From Proteromonas lacertae (Eukaryota): a stretch of DNA of 64,000 nt. Location: NCBI GenBank assembly GCA_002245135.1, contig NGBS01000295.1, positions 124,001 through 188,000 of the forward strand. Reading direction: 5' to 3'. This document shows, one piece after another, positions 40,305 through 52,700 of this stretch; positions within the stretch are counted from its first letter, which is position 1, and every line of letters begins with the position of its first letter. A model generated the notes under the pieces. That model was not told the DNA's origin, ran no database searches, and saw only the letters and a program-made list of their open reading frames with translations. The position numbers were made by a program, and so were the translations under genes.

Positions 40305-43300
40305 ATGACAAGCTATTGGATTAGCATTATTGTTGCTGTTATAGCAATAGCTCTTATTCGTAGCTTACTTCGTTGCATATTCAAAAGAATATCTAAGGAA
40401 AAACAGACATGTGAGAATCTATATTATGAGGTATTGTTAATTGTGTTAATAAGTTTAGGCAAGATTAGCAGAGGATAATAATTCATATATGTTTAGTAAA
40501 AGTCTATATATACAGTCATTACTTTGTTTTTATTCTTTAACATATTCCTCAAGACAATCAAGTTATAATACCCATTTAAAAACTATCGAAGATATATCCA
40601 CCAAATTAAAATCTATAGAAGACTTAGCTAATTATGAATTCTATTCTGTATAACTAAAATTGAAAATCGCCTATAATATATAGAATAGATTACCAAGTGA
40701 TAATGTAACCCCATTAAATATACCAGTGAATTACTTGAAAGCTGTATTTTGTGTGGAATATTCTCAAACATTATCATCTGTTGGAAAATATAGAGAATCT
40801 CTGAGATTATTAAAACAATCAAAGAAATTATTCGAATCAGTTAATAATTTATCAATAAATGAAGAGTAATACAATGTTTATGTATATTATAATAGAAAGA
40901 ATAAAAGAGATTATTTAGAAATTATTAATTCGCTAGAAAAAGCTATTCCTTCTAATGACAATTATCAAATAAAAGAATCTAATATTATCGATAATGAAGA
41001 AGTATATATAGATATAGATATTTAATTATTTAAATATGAATAGTTTGACATATTAAAAGAATCAAGTAGAATAGAAGACATTAACATTCCATTATTCTCA
41101 AACTATTCACTTTATAATGAGCAATTCGATTCAAATGAATTATTTACAGATAGTTTTGATTATAGAAAAAATGAACTGTTTAATATAACCGGAATATGGA
41201 AAAGACCACATGAGGTTTTTAACAGAATACCTGAAGTTGCTTATAGTTTTCTATCTCCTTCAGTAAAACAACTACAAATTGGTGATTGTGTGAATATTGC
41301 TTCAATAATGGCAGTTGCAAATCATATGAGTTTATTTGGATCTTCATTTCTAAAAGATATGATATATCCACATAGCAAAGAAGGATTTCCATTATATAAT
41401 CCATATGGTAAATATATCATAAAGTTATTTATAAATGGTGAATTTCGAAGTATAACAGTGGATGATAGGATATTAATTCATTCAAATTATAATATCAATT
41501 TATTAGGTCAGTCCTTAATATCAAATGAATTATGGGTTACTCTTATTGAAAAAGCATTATTGAAAGTATATTATACTGATCATACTAGTTATTATGGATT
41601 GTCTGGTTTAACTGGTTGGTCAACTAGATTATTTGAAAATAGTGAGATAAAAGAGAATATGAAAGATATATGGAATGAAATATATGAAGATTTTAAGTAC
41701 ATATATATTATTTTATTATTATTAGTAAAGGAAATATAATTGCTACATTATCATCAAAAGAAGATGGTGTAAAAGATATGATATATAAACATCGATATGC
41801 AATACTCAGTGTATTAATGTGTTATTATTATATATTAGATGAGAGAATATAAGAAAGAGAAATGGATATTAGTTGGTAATTCACATGGAATAGAAGGTCC
41901 ATGGTTTATTAATAAGAGCAATATTTGGGATGAAAAGCACCAACATGTATAATATAATATAAATTATCTTTAAATAGTATATTGGATATAACAATGATTT
42001 AGGTGAAGTATTTAAAAGTGTGAATATGGCATGGTTTTTGTATAAGGAAATTATTGATGAAATAGCAGGAATGTATAATATTTTATCAATATTATGCATA
42101 TGATTGTATAGTGAAGTAGCTTATAGTCCTGATTTATATCCACATATCACTACCTATAGTTTTATGATGGCAAATATTGTACCAAAAGATGTTTACTTTA
42201 GAAACCAGTATTATATAGAAGTAGAACCAATAAGATGGGAAGGAGAGATATTTATTCATTTTGAAAGACATAATAGATATAAAGCTGATACAAATGTTTC
42301 TGTTATAACTGATATTGTGGATGTAAGTGATGAAAAGGTGAAAAGATTAGTGTCATATTCTTCTGTATTAATTATTATTTGTTATTATCATTTTTATCAT
42401 TATAGTTACACACAAAAACCTCAACAAAAACGTGGGGACAAAGATTGAAGATAACCAAACCATCAAAGTATATATTAGTAACTTATTTGAATCAGAATGT
42501 CATTAATCCATTAGCAATAACAATGAAAATGTATTATAAACAAGTAACCATCGCAAATCATCCAATACCACTTCAGAAATATGATAATGTTTATAAAGAA
42601 GATATAAAATGGATAAATGATTATAATATGATGGGAGAATTACATTATCTTAGACCTCAAATTAAATTCCATGTTTCTCAACCATCATCAATATTTATTC
42701 AAATATCTAGTAAGAATCATCAATTAGGAGGTAAATTATATAAAATAATGAATAAAGAGAGAGTAATATGTGATGGAGATGATGTGCTAATAACAGAATT
42801 ATCCAATGCAATATGAAATATGTGTTGGTGAATCAATTATTGAAGAAGAAGGTGATTATGTCTTTATTCCATACTTATATCTTTTTTGTTATTTATATGA
42901 ATATTTAAATGAACTTATATATTTCTTTAACTTCATTTTTCTGTAAGTTCAATGCAAATGATGATATAATTCATGTTGAAATACAATCAGAAATAAGATT
43001 ATCATTAATATTATTACCACCAATTACAGATTTTAAAGTATCAAAGTTGGAAGGAAATGTAAAAACATCCAATCAAAATATGTATTATATATATATAGAT
43101 TTTACATAATAGAATTCCTGAAATTTATCTTCAATTTCCTCAATATCAAATTAACATAAATGAAAAATCAACAATTCTGTTGAAATCTATGGATTATTGG
43201 ATTTATGACATGATATTATTTGATTCAAAAGGTAATCCAGTTATTGATTCAAATCAATACAATATTTCATCAATAAGTCATTGTATTATAGTTTTTATAT

Positions 43301-45057
43301 ATTATAAATCATAGCTATATATAGTTATGCATTCAATGTTAATGCTGGTTATTATACACTTGTTTTAATTCCATATCTTTTTAGTGTTTTGCGAAAGATT
43401 ATTGATTTCTTAATTCACTTTTTTTTACTGTTCAAAATGTGATAATGAATTCTTATAAAGTTCTTTTATGGTATAATAGTAGATTAAGTGCTGGTGTTAT
43501 TGATTTGAATAATCAACTAAATAGCTATTTAAAAATAGTAAAAGAATAATCCATAAGTTCAAAAGGAGTGGATGTAATAATTGTCCATCTGTTGATCAAT
43601 GGAAATTAGAAATATTAGACAATAATTGTATAATAAGAATTCAGATTAATGAGATTAAAGAAATGAAAGAAATACAAGTAATTAACAACAAAGGCAATAG
43701 AATATTTAGTTTTGGTGAAAATGAAATTATATATACATTTAATTTGAATAATAATTCAACATCCTCAGTGAGGTTTAATAAAGGTGTTTATACATTGTTA
43801 CCAATATTTTCGCAGTATATTACAATATATATATAATGTAAACAGAGAAAATACTAATATGACACCTGAAATGAATATAGATATAAGTGGTACAAATAAA
43901 TTTCAATTATCATTGATCAATAATTTCTTTAGTTTGAGTGTTGAAGGAAAATGGAATAACAATAACAATGATGGTCATAATCATCACACAATTACTCCCC
44001 AATATCAAGTAACATTATTAAAAACAACAACACTTTATATCCACTATACCACAACATTACCTGATAATGCAATTTGTTTAAATATTTATAATCATAATGG
44101 CAGAATATATGATTATGATGATGAATTGAAAGATGAAGATAGAATTGAAAATACTAATACCTACAAGTATTATTCATATGATACAGTTAAATCTAATTTA
44201 AAACCAGGTAATTACATATTTGAATTACTGATATACAAGAAAGCAAATGATGGTAAGTATATCTTATTAATCGAAAGTGAAGATTCATTTGAAATGAGTA
44301 GAATTAAAGAGTTAGGAGAATTTAAGAATCATTATAAATATGATGGTGGATGGTATAAACGTGATGGAACTGCAGCAGGTTGTATAAATCATAAACAATA
44401 CTATAATAATCCAATGTATAATGAGTATTTCTATTATTCAATAGAATTCCATTAGAGATAATGAACGATAATACAGATATTCAATGTGTTTTGAAACATA
44501 AATACTATGATCGTATTGGTACATCTCTTGACATATACATCGATAATCTAGTGGAATCAGGCAAAGAACAGTTAATGAAATATCCTAAAGCTATATATAA
44601 GATAAAAGATCAATACTTTTCTGGTATTTTACCAATAGTTGGAAAGACAAAAACATTATCTAAAGGTAATTATTTCATTGTTCCTTCAACATTTGATCCT
44701 TTAGAGACAGGGTATAGTGTTGATTTATATTCATCGAAAGAGATTAAATCTGATTTATTAAAATTGCAAATGCCTGATGTTTACAAAGATTTATGGGAAA
44801 TAGATGAAAAATTATTACTTAGTTCTAATTTATTGTATTATTCAAACAATCATATTGAAGATTTGGATTTAAGAACAGAATTGAGAATTAATGATGTAGA
44901 ATATCTAAAATCTTCACTTTATTCTGTATTAGCACATTCAAAGAAACAACAAGAAGTGATAAATGATCTTGAAAAGAAATTAAATATAAGTAGTGTTGAA
45001 AATGTAATAGTAAAAGAAGAAAAGAAGAATGAATATCATAAATCATTTAGGAAGTGA
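40305..45057 (+). CDS. Calpain-7/PalB-like cysteine protease with N-terminal hydrophobic anchor, CysPc domain, several calpain domain-III-like units and a coiled-coil tail
   Basis: IWKRPHE, VKQLQIGDCVNIAS (Cys codon 41287), YNPYGKYIIKLFINGEFRSITVDD, ELWVTLIEKALLK, LTGW, KHRYAIL, LVGNSHG; domain III motifs GGW..GTAAGCINH..YYNNP and GNYFIVPSTFDP. The middle exons are hard to splice by eye. Confidence 0.8.
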
Positions 45058-45134
45058 GTTCTTAATATTTATTTATATATTTCTATATATATTTTTGGGG
45101 ATTAAATAAAAATTGGAATAAGAAATACAAATTT

Positions 45135-48100
45135 TTATTCAATGTTATAAAATTCTTTCATTAACTCTATTTTTTCTTTTGCTGATATTCCACCAAGCTT
45201 TATTAATCTTACTGTAGAAAAGCAATCCAAAAATGTCTTTAATTCTGATTTATCTATATTTTCTTTCACTGTTATTGATAATTCATCTAATTTATAAAAG
45301 ATTTCTTCATTATCTATCATTAATCTTAACTCTCTTTCATTTAGCTCATTTCCTTCTATGTCAATCTTTTTTAATTGTTCATAACCTTTTAATCTTTCAA
45401 TTAATGTTTTTAATCCCTTTTCATTCATTCCCACATCTATTCAAGAAATAAATTATGTTACTTTTATATAAAATACTTGATAAATTCAACGATATTTTCT
45501 TTCCATAACAATCTACTTTTACAAAGCTGTTAAGATTATTACATATAATCTCTATTCCCTCATCTCCAATTTCATTACTACATATCGAAATATGTTCATT
45601 AAAATAATGCACTGAATGATCTTTTAATTCTTTTAATCCATTACAACTAACATTATTATTGGATAAGTTTAGGCTTTGATATCCTGTTCTTTTTATTAAT
45701 GAAATATGAGAATCATTTAAATTTAAATCTATTTCATTAGAGAAGTATAATATATACTGGAAAAATCATATTCTCCATGAAAACCAACACAATTAACACA
45801 ATAATCCAAATAATACTCCTTTTCTTCAGTAGTCCAGGATGTATTATTCATTTTTATGAATGGATTTCTGTATTTTTTTAATGATTTTTCACAAATTGAT
45901 TTTAATCCATTCATTTTTATGTTATTTCCTTTTAGATTTATTGCCACACAACTTCGAGTTTTACTAAATCCATCTGCTAACAACATAACACTTTCATCAT
46001 CTATTGAAGTATTACTCAAATCAATTTCATAATCACCATTCATTACCATACATATTCTATCTAACAATAACTTAAATCCACTATTACCGATAGGATTATC
46101 TAATATTAAATATTTCAATTAATATACTATGAAGGAACAAGAAGTCAATATCTATATTCTTCACTAAATAATCTATTCCTTCAGCATCAATATTATTGCC
46201 ACTTATATCAATCAGACCATAATTTCCACCACGTTTTTTTATAGCATCAACTAGATATTTTAATCCAATTGATGATAGTCCCAATTCTATTCAATAAATA
46301 GAAATGATTATTACTATACCAGAACAATCAATCATACCCGTCTCAATAACATAATCATAGTCTTTTAATAACATAAAATGTGGAGACAGTATTTTCATCC
46401 CTTCATCTCCTATTTCATTGCCTTTTATATGAAGTTCTTCAAGTCTTGGAAATGAAGATAAATTGTTAATCAGCACTTCAATACTTTTATATGTTAGTTT
46501 ATTATCTATAGATAAGATAAATAATTATTTTATACTTATCAAATACAGCTTTTGTATTTCCTTGAATTCATTCGATCCTTAATGAAATGAATGAGTTGAA
46601 AAAATTATCATCAACTCCAAAATTAATCATATCGATTACATAATTCATAGTTACATCTCTGTCTTCAATATATCTTACTAATTCTGGAATTTCTTTATCT
46701 ATTAACAATTCTTTACATGATTCACAATAAATATGCTGACATTTGGAGAACAATGCTTTTATTGCTGTAGAATGAATATTTTTGTTTCTTTTGACATATA
46801 TTTCTTCTAGATTTGGATATTTATCTAATTCTTCTGATAATGATATTATTGATTTATCATCTAAATTCATTTCTATTAGATTTAAGTATTTGTTTCTCAT
46901 TAATAATAAGTGCAAATATGGTAGTAATAACATCAAGCCTTTTGAACCAATTGGATTAGCTATATCAGAGTAATATATTATAAAAAAATACATGACATAT
47001 TCACATGTTTCAATTTCATGAATGGAATTGATGAAATAAATGACTTAACAAAATGGAAAGAAAGACTTAGGTTGGATAAATCTAGTTCTTGAAGATTTGA
47101 TAACTTTGAAAATAATGATCCAAATAATGCATGACACTTGAATGGTATAACCATTTCTGTGATGTTATAATTTACTGCTATAGTAATATAATCATTTGAT
47201 TTATACCGAATATAAGTTTTACTGAATTGATTAGTTTCAATATTCTAAAGAAATAATCCATCCCTTCTTCACATAAACAAACACAACTATTGTCAATTTT
47301 AATCATTTCTTTATCATGAACATCAATACCAATATTAAATACCATTCCATCTAAATGACATTGTCTAATTTCACATTCATGATGGATTTGAAGCTTCAGT
47401 TTATCTATTATTGTATAATCTTCTTTGTATAATTTCATCATCAATAATATTGATAATACTCTTTCATTTGGTTTATTATTGTAGCATTTTATCATATTAT
47501 CTCGAATATCTTCATAACAATCATTATTAACATAATACTTTGAAGGAAACACCACTGGAAGTGTATTATTATTATATAATATCTCTTTTCTTACAGCCAA
47601 CATGTCTATAATATTCTTATCATCTTTTACTATTTCATTCATCTTTGTCATTTCTTTCTTCAACTCTATTAAACTAATTCTATCTTCTATCTTCAATTTC
47701 AACATTCTATCTATCATTTTTTTCATCATGTCATTATCACATTCTACATCAAAACTGTATTTACATCTCAGAATGTTATTCAAAGTTTTATTCATATTTT
47801 CATCTTCATTAAATGGTAATTTCTTGTTTATCATTTCATACAATATACATCCAATTGACCAAATTACACTTCTCTCATCACATTCTAATCCATTCAACTC
47901 TTCTGGGCTTTTGAAATTTATGTCATATATTCCCATATTTTCAGCACCTTTTTCTCTTAATAAATTCAAGAATAAATCACATAGCTTTATTTCACTATCT
48001 TCTTCATATATTATGTTACTACTCTTCAAATTACCAACAACTATATTGTGTCCAATAAATATCATCATAATATCACAAATTGCACATGTTACATTGGTTA

Positions 48101-48476
48101 TATCACCTTGAGACAAGGATTCATTTTTAATCAACTCTTCTATATCTCTATCGTAATATTCTCTTGATATTGATATATATTCATTGTATCCATTCAATTG
48201 AAACATTTCAGATGGATAGATTGATGATTTACAGCAATCTATCATTAATAAGTTGTTTTCACACAATTTCAATATTGTTTCTTCCCTTATTCCACTTATA
48301 TTCATGATTTTAACCATACTGGTGTTATTCTGATGTAATACAATCACATCTATTTCTTTATCACTCTTCTCTACTCTTTCTTTTATCTATAAAAAATAAA
48401 TTAACTTATATACGTTAGTATTTTGTGGGAATTTTGAGGATAAAACATCATCTACAAAAGATTTTAAGCAATTCAT
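45135..48476 (-). CDS. NEK-like pseudokinase fused to a long RI-type leucine-rich repeat region
   Basis: Kinase C-lobe IVVGNLKSSNII, IKLCDLF, FKSPEEL, IWSIGCILYEM..PF (HRD and DFG lost). Then many LRRs, e.g. LEELHIKGNEIGDEGMKIL, IDISGNNIDAEGI, IDLSNTSIDDESVMLL, NPIGNSGF. Confidence 0.8.
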
Positions 48477-48652
48477 CACAATCTTTTATGTAAAACTATC
48501 CGTTTTGTAATTAATGTAATTTTCATTTACATAAACATTTTACAATTACAATTTACATATATGTAATATTCACCTAAAACCAATTAAACATTTATAGAAA
48601 TATATAGAAATAAAATATCATTAATTTAATAAACAAAAACAAATGAGAATAA

Positions 48653-49777
48653 TTAAAACGGCCTTTTTACTATCATAACAGCTCTCTTTTGACTCATTGG
48701 AGGAGTTACCATCTGTCTACTCGATATAGCTGGAGAAGCACCCTGTCTTTGGCTAATCGAAGGTAAAGTCAGATTTGGTAATTTATTGTTATTGCTTCTT
48801 AATCCTAATATTTGAAGAATTAAACTAGTTAATCCATCACTCCCAGCTTTTATATTATATAAAAATATATTACCATTCTCAAGTATAAACTTAATTCTAG
48901 TATCTTCTAAATCAGGAATGCTATTGGTAGCTTGTTTGATCCTCCAAGCAGATGCTATTGTATCAGCTGTTCTTGCACTTCCTTCTATTATAATTAAAGG
49001 CATTTTAGCTTTTACTGCATTAACTGCTTCATTTACAGTTATTGAACCACCATTCACTAATATACCACACGATTTTACTGTTTGCATTAAATATTTTATT
49101 ACTCCAAACATTGTACTTGTTTCTCCACCCCATTCACTGGATTTTACTAATACAAAATGACTATGATGAGGTTCTAAATCAGTTAATTCATCAAAATTTA
49201 CTCCATTTTCATTATCATATATTTTACCAGGATATTTCACTAAATTCTGAGGACAAATTCCAATCAGTTTCATCTTTCTCATTAATTTACCTTTTCCTCT
49301 ACCAACTATCTGCATTATTCCACTGTCTGTACCCCCATCGATCATTACAGCACCACTTTCTTTACTTGCATTCATCACGCCTTGATCTATTAAACTACGC
49401 AATATTGGCATTAAAGTAGGATTTAAACCACTTGCACCACCAAAGGTACAGATTAAATAATTGATATGGCTGACTTTTATTTGGAAAGAATTTAATATTT
49501 TTTCACCTATTAAAAGATCTTCATCATCTTTCAATGGTGGTTCAGTCCATATTGCAATTGATTTTTCTCTATTATTATTAGGAAATACTATTGAAAATGG
49601 TTCATATTCTTCATTGATTCGTGGAGATTGGAAATTGACTGATCTTTTACCAATATTTCCTATATCACTGGTTGAAGATGGACTAGAAGGCCTTGCTGAA
49701 GATACAAATCCATCACTTGTAGCTACACTCAACATATACTCACTTTTCATTCTAGATATACCTGGTTCTAATAACAT
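48653..49777 (-). CDS. SLOG domain of the TRPM/LSDAT type; probably the C-terminus of the upstream NACHT-WD40 gene
   Basis: FGGASG, GAVMIDGGTDSGIMQIVG, LIGICP, LEPHHSHFVLV..WGGET, ILVNGG..EAVNAV..PLIIIEGSARTAD. No channel TM segments follow. Confidence 0.85.
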   Translation of the reverse strand: MLLEPGISRMKSEYMLSVATSDGFVSSARPSSPSSTSDIGNIGKRSVNFQSPRINEEYEPFSIVFPNNNREKSIAIWTEPPLKDDEDLLIGEKILNSFQIKVSHINYLICTFGGASGLNPTLMPILRSLIDQGVMNASKESGAVMIDGGTDSGIMQIVGRGKGKLMRKMKLIGICPQNLVKYPGKIYDNENGVNFDELTDLEPHHSHFVLVKSSEWGGETSTMFGVIKYLMQTVKSCGILVNGGSITVNEAVNAVKAKMPLIIIEGSARTADTIASAWRIKQATNSIPDLEDTRIKFILENGNIFLYNIKAGSDGLTSLILQILGLRSNNNKLPNLTLPSISQRQGASPAISSRQMVTPPMSQKRAVMIVKRPF

Positions 49778-49784
49778 TGAGTTT

Positions 49785-52700
49785 TTATTTGAATCTGCTT
49801 TGTTTTATTACTGGAGTGATTAATTCACTAAGTGAAGTTCTTTTCTTTATTATTGAAGATCTTCTTCTTTCATTATTACTATTGCTATTATTAATTGCAT
49901 TATTATCTTCACTTTTGTGTCTGGGAGTTACCATAGGTGATGATAATTTCAGTGGAGAAGGACGAATTGATTCACTTCCATTTCTATTATTCACACTCTT
50001 TCTATTTCCCATTTTAGATTCATTTACAGTATTTACTTTTGATTCATTTAATTTTTGTTCATTCAATGGAGGTGGAGGTGCTGATATTGGATTATTACCA
50101 TTCGCATTATTACTATTACTATCATTATTTATTCCTTTCTTCTCTGTAATTGCTGGACTTGGTGTTGGTTTACAAGATTCGTTGAAATTCTCAGCTCTAT
50201 ATTCTTCAATGATTTGAGGCTTTTTCAATTTACTCTTTTCTACAGCAGGTAATCTATTCACTTCATCACTGTCTTTGTATTTATCTAAATGTTGTACTTT
50301 AAGTATATATAATTTACCAGTTGTATCTCCACAACCAATTACACTTTCATCAGCCTTTTCTTTTTCACTATAAATATCACTACAAGAAGCATCACCAAAT
50401 GTAATAAAACTACCAATTATTGTACCTTTATTATCACCACTTATACTAATAGCATATATTGTTTTATCTGATAATGAAGAAACAACATAATCACAATTAT
50501 AACTAATACTACCACTCAATGGTTCAGCAGAAGGATTTAAATCATCAGGGAAAATTACTGGAGCTTCAATCTTATGATATCTATCATAGAATTTAACAGA
50601 TCTATCTTTAGAGATTGCTACAATTCTACTATCACTCTTCATTAACCTAATTCCCATTATTCTATCTTTACATCCACTCAATTGCATAATTAACTTCAAA
50701 TTCTTATCCCACACCTTAATAAATCCTTTTATATCAGCTGTAACTGTTCTTTGATCATTAGTACAGCGAATTGAAGAGATTTCTTCATCATGACTGAATT
50801 CTTCGTGATCTTGAATATCCATTTGTTTACCATCAGCAATACTGAACTTTCTTAATTGACCATCTTGATAACCAGCTACAATGTAATTATTATCACAACT
50901 TACTTCAATACAAGTCAAACCATATACACCATCACTTAAACCACTTAATACACCAGCAGCTCCAAAATCAGTTTCAATCATCATATAATGTTTAAACTTA
51001 TCAAAATACCACAACATGATATTACCAGCTTTATCAGCAGTCATAATAGAAGCATCATTATTAAAGAATAAAGCACCATTCACAGAATCAACATGACCAA
51101 TTAAAACTGCTAATTCTACACCATCTGGAACAGTCCATATTTTAGCAGTTAAATCTGTAGAGCCAGTAATACAATATTTACCATTATAACTAAATCTAAT
51201 AGTATTAATTGAAGAAGTATGTCTACCAACTGGACTTGCTTCTATATCATCCATTATATCTCGATTAGCTTGTCTATTTAATTTACGTCTTTGAGCTGGA
51301 GTGATTGAATCAGGTAATGCAACAATTCTTTCAACTGCAGCACTAGTTGGATGCATTAATAACAATGGTGAAAATGTAATATCCCATCTCTTTATTGTAC
51401 CATCATTAGATGATGTTAATATCTGCTTTCCCTCATTAGCAAATTGTGCGCAAGTAATAATATCACTATGACCAACAATACTGAATATCTTTTCTTTTGT
51501 TCTTGTATTCCATATATATACTTTATTATCTTTACCACAAGATGCTATTACATCATCACCTGGACTGTAAGTTAGATATGTTAATGAATCAGAATGTGCA
51601 TTGATTGTATCAGCAATAATTGGACCACTCTTTTGTAATTCATCTGTTGAAGGCAATTCCCAATATTTAATTGTTTTATCATCACTTCCACTGATCATAT
51701 TCCAACCATGATGACTGAACGCTAAAGCTTGAATAGCTTGAGAATGACCATGATATTTGACTAATTCAACCATACCTAAGCTTGGTGTTCTAACATCCCA
51801 AAATATGATATTTCCATCACTACATCCTGTTGCTAATACACTTGAATCTTCAGTAAATGCTGCAGATAATGCTGGTGAAGACATCCAATCTTTAATCCAT
51901 AATTCAACAAATTCTAATTCTTCTGTCTCAGTTAATCTCAATGAGAATAATCTCAAAGACATATCCAATGATCCACTAACAACAGTCCATTTCTTAAGTG
52001 TAGAATTTGGTGTAAATAATGCAAATGTAACGGATCGGACATGATCTGTACAAATCCCAAGTCTAGTTCCACCAATAGCATCCCATACAATTATACTATT
52101 ATCTTTACTAGCTGATAATAATTTAGCACCATCAATATCATAACTTAATGAGGTAATTTCATCACTATGTCCTCCAGCAATCATTTCACGAATCAATTCA
52201 CCTGTTATACTGTCAATTACTCTCAATGTACCATCACAACAACCAACTGTTAATGTTAAACCATCAGGATTTAAGCCAATACAAGATACTTTACTATTAA
52301 AACCAGCAAATTCAGCTACTAATTTATTTTCTGTTGGTTTGTTCAAGAAATCAATCCATGAGATTGGAGCCCAGCCATCTTGAATATATCTCAAAGCAGC
52401 AACATATGGTGCAGATGTATCTGGTTGATTCAAGGCAATTTGGAATATCTGTTCAGGATTGGCTTGTAATTTTGGCTTTTGACTGGAAATAAATATTAAA
52501 AACTCTGATAACCAACCAAATAGATGATCTTTATCTGTATGATATTGATTTAATACATCTTTCATCAATGCATAATTGGAATCTTTGAAAAATGATTGCG
52601 CATCTTGATAATCTCTCATTAAAGCTTCAATTGAAAAAACACCAAGCTTACATCGAGCTTTGATGAAATTTAAATTTCCTAATGTTTCTTGTAATCCTTG

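Noticed and set aside
48653..49777. TRPM ion channel
   Set aside because: There are no transmembrane or pore segments after the SLOG domain.
5118..49806. Euplotes-type +1 frameshifting at AAA-stop (AAA TGA at about 5129, AAA TAA at about 49790)
   Set aside because: At diagnostic sites (RCC1 ISAGGEH at 6119, ankyrin DDYGNT at 7213) the protein consensus requires the shift several codons before the stop, and the extra bases vary. AAA-stop is expected by chance in such AT-rich DNA.
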